64,000 bases of DNA, from assembly GCF_020745735.1 (NCBI RefSeq), contig NC_083435.1, positions 31,185,231 through 31,249,230 on the forward strand. Direction: 5' to 3'. The notes beneath the pieces were generated by a model. The model did no database searches. It saw only the letters and a program-made list of their open reading frames with translations, and was not told where the DNA came from. The translations under genes were made by a program, and so were the position numbers. This DNA is from Hemiscyllium ocellatum (Eukaryota). The first letter of the stretch is position 1. Each line of letters begins with the position of its first letter. Positions 51,422 through 63,477 of this stretch are shown here, in pieces.

Positions 51422-53616
51422 TCAAAGGTGTTTTTCTTCATAAACTTCTCCACGAAGGACAGGTGATACAGAATGGTCCAACTACTCGGAGCGTTCAGTG
51501 GCAGCGAGGCCAGGCCCATCCTTCGCAACACCGGGGACAGGTAGAACCTCAGTACGTAGTGACACTTGGTGTCTGCGTACCAGGGATCCACGCACAGCTT
51601 GATGCAGCCACACACAAAGGTGGCCATCAGGGTGATGGTGGCATTGGGTGTATTTTTTCCCCATTGCTAGGTCTTTATACATCAAGTCCTTTCGGACCCG
51701 GTCCATCTTTGATCTCCATATAAATTGGAAGATGGCCCGGGTGACTGCAGCGGCGCAGGTTCTGGGATTAGGCCAGACCTGTGCCTCATATAACAGCAAT
51801 GACAGTGCCTCACACCTGATGACCACGTTTTTTCCCGCGATGGAGAGCGACTGTAGCTTCCATCTTCCCCATTTCTGCCTCACTTTACTGATACGCCCCA
51901 ACCCCCCCCAAACCAAATACCCAGCACCTTCAGGTGGTCGGTCCTGACGGTGAAGGGGATCGAGGATTGGTCGGCCCAGTTCCCGAAGAGCATGGCCTCA
52001 CTCTTGCCTCGGTTTACCTTGGCCCCCAAGGTCTGTTCGAACTAGTCACAAATGCACATTAGTCTGTGCACGAACAGCGGATCCGAGCAGAAAATTGTGA
52101 CATCATCCATATACAAGGAAGCCTTGACCTGCAGACCCTGCTGCCAGGAACAGTCACCCCTCTCAGGCTCGCATCCTTCCTGATGGACTTGGCAAATGGC
52201 TCTATGCAGCACACAAACAAGGCAGGAGAGAGAGGGCAGGCCTGCCTGACTCCAGATCTGACTGGGAAGCTATCTGATTCCCACCCATTGATTGAGACTG
52301 CACTGACGATGTTGGTGTAGAGCAGTCTGATCCAATTGCAGATTCCCTCCCCAAAGCCCATTTTGGAGAGAACATCTCTCATATACCTGTGTGATATCTT
52401 GTCAAAGACTTTCTCCTGGTCCAGGCTGATCAGGCAGGTGTCCAACCCTCTGTCCTGCACATAGGCGATCGTATCCCTGAGGAGTGCGAGACTCTCAGCG
52501 ATCTTCCTGCCTGGCACAGCACAGGTTTGGTCAGAGTGGATCACCGACCCCAGAGCAGACCTGACCCGGTTGGCGATTACCTTTGACAGGATTTTGTAAT
52601 CTGCATTCAACAGTGGGATTGGTCTCCAATTTTTAGTTCCTCTCTCTCCCCCTTCTGCTTGTAGATGAGGGTGATGATGCCTTTCCTTATGGATTCATTC
52701 ATGGTACCTGCCCGAAACATACTGACATACACCTCCAGCAGGGCCTGGCCAATCAAGTCCCACAGAGCGGAATAGAGCTCAACCGGTAAGCCGTCGCTTC
52801 CGGGAGTTTTATTCTTTGCAAAGGACTCGAGGGCCTTGGTCAGCTCGTCCAGAGATAGCGGCTGGTCCAGCCTCTCCCGTGTTCTGTCGTCTAAAACCTC
52901 TGTGATAGAGGATAGGGACAACTGGGAAGCCACGCTGTCGGTTGGCTTCGCGTCATACAGGCTGGCATAGAAGGATTTACTGATCCTCATGACGTCAGCC
53001 TGAGATGACGTTATCGAGCCGTCTTCTTCCTTCAGGCTGCTGAGCACAGAGCTCTCTTTGTGCACCTTCTGGAAGAAGAAATGTGAGCACGTCTCGTCCT
53101 GCTCCACCGAGCGGACCCTGGACCGGAAGATTATCTTGGAGGCCTCCGAGGCCAAGAGCAAGGCTTGCTGGCCCTTCACCTCCTTGAGGTCCTCCGTGAC
53201 ATCGACCCCCAACGTCTGCAGCAGGAGCAGGTTCTGCATACTTTCCTGGAGCTCGGACAGTTTTCCCCGCCTCTCTCTCGCTTCCCAAACACCTTAAAGG
53301 ATGAAGAACCCCTTGATGTTTCCTTTTACTGTTTCCCATCAGTCCGTTGGGGACTCAAAGAGGGCCTTCACGGTTCTCCAATCTGCGTAATCCCTCTTGA
53401 GCTCCTTGATGTTTCCCGGGGTCAACAGCTTTGTGTTCAACTTCCACGTTCCCTTACCAGCCTGCTGCACGTCCTGTAGGTGACAGTCGGCCAGCAGGAG
53501 GCAGTGGTCAGAGAAGAACACCGGCTTGACATCAGTGGATCTGACTGAGAGTGTTCGGGACACAAACAGGTAATCTATCCTTGAGCGGATAGACCCATCT
53601 GCCCGTGACCAGGTGT
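51419..53616 (-). mobile_element. Tx1/L1-clade retrotransposon ORF2, inverted 5' segment (endonuclease end plus RT)
   Basis: YTWSR..SRIDYLFVS..FSDHC, KTPGSDGLPVELY, NADYKILSKVIANR, LDQEKVFD, SGVRQACPLSP; frameshifted. Confidence 0.92.
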
Positions 53617-54449
53617 AAGAAAAACACCTTTGACCACAAGTCCATCAGGAAGTGGTCAGCATGTAGTGTCCTTGAGACCCTTCGGGAAAAGGAGAGGGCG
53701 AATCCTACTGAGCAGTTCCCATTTGGCAGAATGCCTCATCGCCAGAGCTTTCCAACAAGCACCAAGACATGGCTTGGCTGGTGGTGAGAAGGGCTCTGCC
53801 TGTGAGATCTTTATGCACGCCCAGACTCTCTCCCGAACCGCACACTGCCCTCGAAGCAGCTGTGGGGGGGAGGGGGGTGGGGGAACGAGACTGTCACACA
53901 CCTCCTTCTGGAATGTGCCTATGCAGAAGAAGTCTAGAGAGGAATGCAGTGGCGTTTGTCAAGATTCATCCCAAGCTACGCCGTGACGCGGGACTCCATG
54001 CTCTACGGCCTGTTCCCCAGGACACACACTGAGATGAACATCAACTGTGCCTGGAGGATCATCAACTCGGTGAAGGACGCTCTCTGGGCGGTCCGAAACC
54101 TGTTGATCTTCCAGCTGAAGGAGTTGACCCCGACTGAGTGTTGCAGACTGGCACATTCCAAGGTCCGGGACTACGTGTTGAGGGACGCGCTGAAGCTTGA
54201 GGTGTGGTGGGGAAAGACCACCATGTAACACCTGCCTGCCTAAAGAAGAACAGGGGGCCCACGCAGTCATTTGGGCTTTGCTGACGCCTCAGCTAAATAT
54301 ATGGGCATATGATTGAAAAATGTACAGACCTGTATATACAAATGATAAATCCTGATCTCTGTATGTAAATGTTTACGTATGTATGGCTTGACCAATTGTA
54401 CAGACCATCAAATTATTTTATGAATAAAGTATATTTTTGAAATTAAAAA
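53617..54449 (+). mobile_element. Tx1/L1-clade retrotransposon 3' segment (zinc-finger region, 3' UTR, AATAAA, short A tail)
   Basis: KKNTFDHKSIRKWSA continues the inverted segment; AATAAA at about 54423. Confidence 0.9.
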
Positions 54450-55746
54450 GTCAGTATGGGCTGAATGGCCGGCTTCCACACTGACGGGATTCTAAGAACT
54501 GGAAAGCAACAGGTTGAGGCAAAGGGCTCGAATATAAGACAGTTCAATGCCTTATACTGTACAGTATCCGGAGTACAAAAGGGGTGCTGCTGTCTCCCTA
54601 TCTCTGGGCCAAGAGGTCACGGTTCAAGTCCCACTTCGCCTTGGAAGTGCGTAATAACATCTCTGAACCCGTTGATTAGGAAAAGAGCAGAAAGGTGCTA
54701 ATGTCAGTGGGTGGGATGAATTCAGAATAATTTAAGGGATAAAGTCAATACACGATTAGGCTCAACAGCTCCCTGGGGGTAATGATTTCCACATTGTAAC
54801 CACTCCTTCCATGGCCATTTTGTCTTTGATTCCCCTTTTTCTAAAAAAAATGCCCCACATGTCAACGTTTTGACGTTGTAATGCTTCAGTCGTGCACCCG
54901 CAGTGTAAAATATGTTCAAATAAAAACCGAAAGAACTGCGGATACTGGAAATCAGAAACAAGAACGGAAATTGCTGAAAAAGAGATCCGTGGAGTGTCAC
55001 GTTTCGGTTCCAGTGGCTCTCCCACGGATGATACCAGGCCCTGCAGTGCCCTCAGACACCCTGAGGCAATGGGAGGACCCCAGAACTAGGAACACCTGCT
55101 GATAAGTCGGTCTTTTACATCGTGGCTGATCGATTTGTGACCTTGACTCCATATTTCCATCGCTCTCGCGCCCCTGCATACCGCTCGACTCCCTTGTTGA
55201 TGAAAAATTGGTCTCATGCGGCCTTAAATATATTCAAATAACCCCCCCCCCCGTTATCCCTCCCTCCCCTTCTCCACTTTGAGTTGAATCAATGCAAGTT
55301 GCCACCTCTTAACACATCAGGTCGGGGAAATCATGGTTACCGGTTCTAGTCAAATTGCACTCCGAAGCTCTTCAGCGAAATATTTTTCGTTTCCTTTACG
55401 AATGTGATATGGTATTTAGCAGCAATGTTAATTTTTTGTTTGCCTTCTTTATTCCTGCGATGCGGGTTTTGCTAGCTAGAACAGTATTCATTGTCGCTCC
55501 CTTAACGGGCAGAGCGGTTAAAAGCCAAAAAAATCGCTGGAGCAGGTCCCCAGAGCTATTGTTTGAGTTCAGGGTGACTGGCCCAGAGAATTTATCTTGT
55601 CAGTCTCCTCCACTGTTACACTCGGTGTACGACTTGGTGCAGTGCGATTGAGAATCTGGTAAGGTAGGGCAGGCTTTGTGTAAATCTGATCCTGCGATCG
55701 ACAGGAACCCCGTCACAGATGTGTCCACGCTCTTATCATTTGAGTT

Positions 55747-56105
55747 AAAAATCAGACAACACCCAGGTTATAGTCCAACAGGTTTAATTGGAAGCACTGG
55801 CTTTCAGAGCTCCTTCATCAGGTGGTTATGGAGGACACAATTGGAAGACATATAAGAAGTAAAACTATCATGGCCATTGTAACAGATGAGAGACTTAACC
55901 AAGGTATTTTTCAATGTATAATTTCAGTTACACCACACTGTAAATTTTTGCTATGAATTCTGTGTCTTACAACTGTGTACCCCACAACCACCTGATGAAG
56001 GCGCTCCGAAAGCTAGTGTGCTTCCAAATAAACCTGTTGGACTATAACCCGGTGTTGTCTGATTTGTAACTCTGTACACCCCAGTCCCACACCGGCATCT
56101 CCAAA
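55747..56105. mobile_element. Penelope-type fold-back element with about 100-bp inverted arms, each carrying a hammerhead-like core
   Basis: 55747-55850 is the reverse complement of about 55964-56065. A shorter relative lies at 32612-32770. Confidence 0.7.
55989..56018 (+). ncRNA. Minimal type I hammerhead-ribozyme-like motif
   Basis: CAC-CUGAUGA-A-GGCGCUCC-GAAA-GCU-A-GUG: stem I CAC/GUG, intact core, palindromic AGCU helix III. Confidence 0.55.
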
Positions 56106-57224
56106 TCATTATCATTTGAGGTAATCGAAAAATTTTCCAAGGCCGATCACACTTGAGTGAAGGCCAGTGCAGTACCGAGATTCTGCCACCAGGAGGTACT
56201 ATCACCAGCCCCTGCCATTCAGAAACACGGTGCATTCTCTGGGCAGAATTAGACCTCGCTGTCTAGTTGGATATATTTAAATATTTTTGTTTGGGGGTGG
56301 GGAGGGGGGGAACCTGCAATCCCAATAAGGAATGTCAGATCAGCGCTCTCTAACAAAAGGCCAGTGTGTCGACAGCAGATCTCTCGCCACATTGCCTGCT
56401 GCTTGCTTTTATTTGTTACAATCCGGCCTCTTCACAGTTACCGGGATGTCTGCCCTTGACCGCAGTTTAAACACGGCGGTGCTGAGTATCACTGCAGACA
56501 ACAATGAAAATTTACATTTACAAAGCACCTTCAATATGCTTAATAGGAGTAATTATCATACAGACACAGACGCACATGAGGAGATGAAAGGAATATACTA
56601 TGCTATTCTAGAAAACAGACGACCAAAAACATTAGTCACAGAGAGTTCGGTTTTGGGTGGGAGAGGGAGGTGGAGAGTTTGGGGTCTATTGAGGGGGAGG
56701 TGGGAGGTGAATTTCAGAGCTCCAGATACTTGAAGGCGCCCTCCACTATTGCTGGAGCAATTGAAATCAGGCATATTCAAGGAGGTCCAAAATCATTCAA
56801 GGAGTGCAGTGTGATCTCACAGGGTTGTAAAGGTAACATCGCCATAGTCTCAAAGGGCTGCTCTCTCCTAAGAGAAAGGCAACTGGTGATGAGTTTAACG
56901 CGTAGGGCTTGTGGAAATGACAGGGATGGTGAAGGGTGTTGCCACGTGGTTGAGGTTTAAAGACGGGGATGGGTGTGTTACAGTCAAGATGGTGGCTGAC
57001 TGAGAGCCAGTGGAGGTCAGGGGACAGGGGTGATTCACTGAGCTGTAGGCTTTGGGCATGGATAGCGGCCACTACATACAACAGCGCGCTGAGGTGATCT
57101 ATGGGAGTGTTAACAGGTAAGACCAAGCCCAAATTGTCCAGGGGTGTGCCGGCTAGGTGGGTTAGCCACGCGAAGTTACGGTGCTGGGTGGGAGGAGCGG
57201 TGCAGACTCAATGGACCGAATGGC

Positions 57225-57263
<39 letters not shown>

Positions 57264-57649
57264 CTGTGGGGATTCTATGATTCCCTGATTCGTGTTCAGT
57301 ACGGCGCTACACAGGGATGTGTTTTAAAACAACGACGAAAGCTTGTGATTTCAAATCAACCTGTTGGACTCTAACCTGGTGTCGTGTGCTTTCTGACCTT
57401 GCCCACCCCCCAGTCCAAACACGAGCATGGAGAGTGTGTGGTGCAGACACCTGAAGGCATGACCAACAAAGGGGAAGTAATGGCATCAAGGCGTTGTCAA
57501 GAGGCCAGGGTTGGGAGAGTGCTGAGATTTGCCAAGATTGAAGGGCAAGATGACAGAGGCAGGGAGAGGCAAGGCCACGCAGCTATACCATTCATACAGG
57601 GATGATCTTTATAATGTATAGTATAACATTTGTTAACTATCGGATTATT

Positions 57650-57935
57650 GGTGGCTCAGTGGTTAGCACTACTGCCTCACAGCACCAAGGTTTCAGGTTC
57701 GAGTCCAGCCTCGGGGCGACTGTCTGTGTGGAGTTTGCACATTCTCCCAGTGTCTGCGTGGGTTTCCTCCCACAGTCCTAAGATGTGCAGGTCAGATGAA
57801 TTGACCATGCTAAATTGCCCACAGTGCTAGGTGCATTAGTCCGAGCGATATGGGTCTGGGTGGGTTACTCTACCGAGGGTCGATGCGGACTTGTTAGGCC
57901 GAAGGGCCTGTCCCTACACTGTAGGGAATCTAATC
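57650..57935 (+). mobile_element. HE1-like SINE
   Basis: gtggctcagtggttagcactactgcctcacagc head. Confidence 0.85.
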
Positions 57936-58472
57936 AATTAGAATGGAAAAGCAGGACCTTCAGCCCATCATACTTATCCCCATCGCTTTGAAAGAGCTAT
58001 CACGTTAGCCCACTCGCCTTCTGTTTGCCCACAGCCCTGTAAATATTGCAAATACTTACCCAATTCCCGTTCGAAAGTTACTCAGGAATCAACTTTTGTT
58101 CTCCCGGAAATCTATTGCAGGCCACAAATTACAGTGTTAAAAAAACAACTTTCTCTTCAACTCAACCCTGCTATCCTTGCCAAACGTCTTAAATCTGCGT
58201 GATTGAATTCAATTCCTCTGCCTCAGTGCTCCTGAAATATTGTATTCAGTATCAAAAATAGAAATTGCTGGAAAAGCTCAGCGGGTCTGACAGCATCTGT
58301 GGAGAGAAATCAGAGTTACCGTTTCGGGTCCAGTAACCCGTCCTCAAAACCTATTTCTCTCCACGGATTTGCTGAGCTTTTCCAGTAATTTTAGTTTCTG
58401 ATTTCTACCATCCGCAGTTCATTCGGTTTTTATTTAACGCTGAGTGCCATTCTGATACAAGCGTAAGATGTG

Positions 58473-58770
58473 GGTGGCACAATGGTTAGCACTGCTGCCT
58501 TACAGCGCCAGATACCCGGGTTCAATTCCCGCCTCAGGCGACTGACTATGTGGATTTTGCACATTCTCCCCGTGTCTGCGTGGGTTTCCTCCGGGTGCTC
58601 CGGTTTCCTCCCACAGTCCAAAAAGATGTGTGGGTCAAGTGAATTGGCCATGCTAAATTGCCCATAGTGTTAGGTAAGGGGTAAATGTAGGGGGAATGGG
58701 TGGGTTGTGCTTCGGCGGGTCGGTGTGGATTTGTTGGGCCGAAGTTTCCACACTGTAAGTAATCTAATCT
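58473..58770 (+). mobile_element. HE1-like SINE
   Basis: Full-length copy with taatctaatc tail. Confidence 0.88.
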
Positions 58771-60134
58771 CATGTCCTCTACAATTATTTACCGCAGTAT
58801 ATAGAATGCACGTGATTAATGAGAGGATATAGCTATGTTGCATATTGAGAAGAGGTCGCAGCACTGGAGCCAACCATTCAAATCCACAGTTCCCCTATCA
58901 CCAAACCCAACCCACAGGCCTTTCCACTCCTTTCGTGTTTCCCAGCCCCAATGGGAGCGACTTCCACATCCACCCCACTCTCATTTCTCCTTGTGTCAGC
59001 TGGGGCTCACCTAGAGAGATGCTGATGTCTGTGCTGGTAACTGAGCCACTTCACCACAGCAGCTGGCGGAATTTAAGCGCGATTCCGAGAGTCTGGAATT
59101 GAACATGAGTCTCGATCGACTAGGGATAGAAAAGATTCCTCAGGACAATGTGGAAGATCTGTCCAATATCCATGGCCCCAATCGTGATTATCTCCAACAA
59201 CAACAACAAAAAAACACACTGCTAATCTGGTCATTATCACATTTGTGTTCGTGGGATCTTGCTGTGCACAACGCTCCGCGCTGTGCAACAGTTACTGCCC
59301 AAGTTGGTTAGGAAGTGTTGGGAGACATGCAGCGGGAGTGAAGAGCGCAACAGGAAAAAAGTCTTCATTTCTGTCCGCATTATCCATCAGATATAGAGCT
59401 GGCGACTCTCATATTGATGAGGCTGAATTCTGGTTCCCCCACCACCACCACCACCCCCCCACCACAAGTGGAAACATCTCTTTATCTACTCCATAGAAAC
59501 CGGAACCCTTTTATAACCTAAATGACCTCAGTCACCCCGTCAGACTTCCATAAAAGTCTAAAGGGCCAGTTCAAAATGTCACATTCGGAGTTACACATGT
59601 TGAACGTATGAGTGTGCTAATGTGAAATGTTATTTCGGTGCATGTGTGTTTCATAGCTGTATTCACCCACTCCCCCAAAACCGTTAACTTTCTCCTTCAA
59701 ACTGAATAAACAGTCTTTGATCCTCTCCAGACGCCGCCCCCTTTGTGCCTGCATTCTCTTTAATCGCGGTCCCCCTGGCCTTTCTTGTCCCGCTAGCTTT
59801 GACCAAGTGTTCGGGAGACAATGCGATTGCAATTTGCAACGGCAGCCTCATACAGAAAGCTTATGACTGAAAGGAGTTCTCTTCAACGTTTCTCACGCTG
59901 GGACTGAAGGCGCAAAGCCTTTCATTGTCCCTCTGGCTTCATCGTTGCCGTTTTGAAGGGAGGGAGGGTTGGGGGCTGGGGGTGGGGTGGAGAGTTTTGG
60001 AGGGGTGCTGGTTACCGATAAGTAATACAGGAATTCGCCACCTCACACTCTGCTGTAAACTGAACTCCCCCCCCCCCAAACAAAACACCGAAAACAAGAG
60101 AAGGAGCGAAGGGATTTGGGGAGAATATTGCTTA

Positions 60135-60390
60135 GGACACACACACACACACACCCCACACACAAAATACACGCACATACATAGACACATTCACACACAT
60201 ACATACAGACACACAGACCCACACACTGTGTCTATCACACAGAAACACACGGTCACACACATACATACACACACATACAGACACACACGCAGACACACTC
60301 TCTCGCACATACATAGTCACACACAGATACACACACACGACCTCTCTCTCTCATACACACACTTACACACACAGACACACACACACATCC
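60135..60390. repeat. Degenerate (CA)n tract
   Basis: CA-rich low-complexity sequence. Confidence 0.9.
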
Positions 60391-60899
60391 CTGATCTACC
60401 AAGCCATTCACTTCTGTTGTGAATATTAAGCGTTAAAATTAGACTGAGGCGCCTCAGAGTTGAATTGTGGGGATTTTAAAAAAAAACTGAATTCTGTTGC
60501 ACTTCATAACAATTTTCAACTTGAAATGATTTGCTCTCAGTCTCTATGTCATAGAATGTAGATTGTAAATATGAAAAAGATTACACCTGTAATTTTTAAA
60601 ACAAAATGTCTTGTGATATACTTCTAAAAAAGAACAAAAAGGACTTTTTTCGGAAAACAGAGCATAGGTCTTCTGGAAGGATAAGTTCGCATTAGATAGG
60701 AGAAATCGAGAGACATATTCATTCTCAAAGATTGCGTGTCAGGTTAGCCTTGTTCGTCGTTTCTAATGTCCAATTAATTTCCCACCCAGTTGTGTCCGGT
60801 ACCTCACTCACGTTCGCTCACTCAGGCAATTAGGAGATGAAAAACTTGCATTAAAAAGTTTTTAACCAGCAAATTTTGGAGATGGGTTAAGGTTGGCGA

Positions 60900-63420
60900 G
60901 GTGTTGGATGGGTTGGAGGAGGGGGTGGTGTCGGTTGAGACTTGGGTGGGCAGCCAGGCGACGAGATGAACTACATGCGGCACACTGCCAGCGGCAAACG
61001 CGGTGAAACGGGGGAAAGGTGATGGTTGGGGGGGGGGGGGGTGAATGGGGGATGGCGAGAGGTTGGGGGTGGGGAGGGGTGTTCGTCACTGGAGATCTTG
61101 CAAACTAAGTGTGTTTTCACCCCCCTATCCCACTCTGTGCCGCCAAAGTAACTCCTTCCTAGATTCTGGGAATGAAAGAGCATTTCCAAGCGCAGGACTT
61201 TACGTTCACTTTGGATTGGCCGGCCAATATAGCCCTTGCATTTTCTCTCATCTCTCTCTCTCTCTCTCTCTTCCTCTCTTCTTTTCTCTCTCCCCTCTCC
61301 CTTTGTATCTCGGTTGCCAAGCGACCCGGGAGACGAGGAGAAACTATTTGCCCAATAAATTAAAGGAGAGAAAGAGGGAGAGGGAAGGGGGGGAGTGCGA
61401 GGGACACGGGCAACGAGAACAGCAAAAGTTTTCAGACTGTATCTGCCTCACTACAGTTTTATGAACCGTCCCAATGTGTTGAATAGGGTTTTTATTTTGC
61501 TGTTTTGATGTTGTTATTGGGTTTCCCTCCTGTTTTAAACAAGAGAGAGAGAGAGAGAGAGAAAAGACACTGCTCTGGACATGATACAAAGCGGTCTTTA
61601 GGAGAGATATAACAAGAACTGCGTGTGTGTGTGTGTGTGTGTGTGGCTCTCTCTCTCGCCTTCTCAAACCCTTGTACCAATCGTCCAAGGCACAGCAGTA
61701 TCACAGCTCCCATTGACAAGATTACTGGCTGTATTGAGGTGAGACCTTTCTGTGTTTTGCAGTATGTATAGGGCTGAGGGGAGGGAGGGATGGTTGGGTG
61801 GGTGGTGTTGTAAGGGAGGAGGGTAGGGAGGAGGGGAATTGGATGGAGACCTTAAATAGCCTCCACACTGCCATAGTGACCGAAGGAAGGAGGGAGGGAA
61901 GGGAGGGAGGGATTGAGTGAGACCCTCACCGCCAGCAACCCCTCCCCACCCCTCCTGCAACCACGCCATCCCCTTCCCCTCCCCTCCCCCGGAGTTGGGA
62001 AGTCACTCGTCTCCATCCAGCTCCGCTGAGACGGGGGACAAGTGGTTCAACCGGGAAAGGATGGACCGTCCCCAGCCAAGAGTGGGCCACACCGAGAGAG
62101 GCGACGGTCGGGCAGAGTGAGGGAGTTGGACACAGCGGAGGGAGAAGGTGACACAGGGAGAGGAGAGAGAGAAAGAGAGAGAGACAGAGAGAGAGAGTGC
62201 GCTCGGCGATGGGATAAAGTCAACGCCGCGAGGGGGATGCAAAAAGGAGGAATTTCCCGACATAACAAAAGAAGCTCGGAGATGCTGCTTTCAGGTTGGT
62301 ATACCCTCACATCCCCTCCCCCTCCCCCCCACCCCAGAGATCGCCAGTAAAGCCGCCAACCCCACCTCCCCATCCCCTCCTTCCTCTCCCCGGAGACCCA
62401 GCAGGTGGAACACACAATGGCGACAGAGACACAGGGCGGCAGACCACTGGAGGACCCTTCGGGGAAAAATAAGGCGCAGGAAGATCCCAAACTCCGCTTT
62501 GATCCGAGCGTGGCCCAGCGCCGGCGGAATCGCGGTATTCCTGCTTTCTACATCCTGGGATGGGGAGGTGGGGTAGTGAGAACTCCTGTCCTACCTCCCT
62601 CATCTTCCCTTTTCCACTCCGCGGGGAGGGGTTGGTGGGTGGGGGTATTAGAGAGAGAGAGAGAGAGAGAGAAGTGGGAACTTGAGGACCCCGGCTCCTG
62701 ATTGTCCAAACGCAATTCTTGCGCTAATTTCCCACCATCCCAAGAATTGTGCCTGGACATCTGAAGCCGGCAGTGGTCCAATTATCTTCCAATCGATCCC
62801 TCACCACCCACCCCCACCCCCCACCCCACACCCCCCAACCCCCACCCACCACCCACACCCCCCCCCACCACACACACAGAGTCTCTCTCTCTCCCTCTCT
62901 TTCCCTGTCTCACTCTGTCTCTCCCGTGACATCGAAAACCAGGCGGAGGTTCGCTCAGACGAACGACGATTATAAGAAAAAGTGCGTGCGGAAAAAAAAT
63001 TCATTGGACGAAGCTTCGGAGAAAAAAATTCGGGGATCAATCTCTCAAAACCCAACGCGGGCGAAATTGATCATTTCGTTCGGAGATCCGAACTTCAGGC
63101 CGTAGTATTTTAAACAGCGCCTGTTTCCTTTCAGGAGCAGGTCGGCGGGTTTGAAGTTATGTACATAGAAAAGCGGAGTTAGGGTTCTCAGACAGCGATG
63201 ATCTTTGTAATATATATATAAATATACATGTCAAGCGCGGGCCACTGTTTGGACTCAGAAAGAACAAACTACCGTGGACATTGGGAGCCGCAAAACGCTG
63301 CCCGGGAGTATCGGTGTCAGGTAAAATGTAGCTAACTCTCCAGAACGTGGAGCCGATATATCTGAGAGTTAAAATCGGCTTAAGCTCGGGGAGAATCAAG
63401 CGGTGTCTATCTCTCTATGT
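60900..63420. promoter_or_regulatory. CpG-enriched, TE-free putative promoter / 5' region of an unidentified neighbouring gene
   Basis: High CpG density, no SINE/LINE, CCAAT palindrome (61215), X-box-like GTTGCCAAGCGAC (61313), and a candidate + donor GAG|GTGAGA at 61738. Confidence 0.4.
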
Positions 63421-63477
63421 GTACGTAAGCTCGCCCAAATGAGATTGCACCCCATTGTATTCTGTCATTCAATAAAC

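Noticed and set aside
61215-61325. MHC class II SXY promoter module
   Set aside because: The X-box to CCAAT spacing (about 85 bp) does not fit the roughly 20-bp X-Y spacing, and no MHC exons are present.
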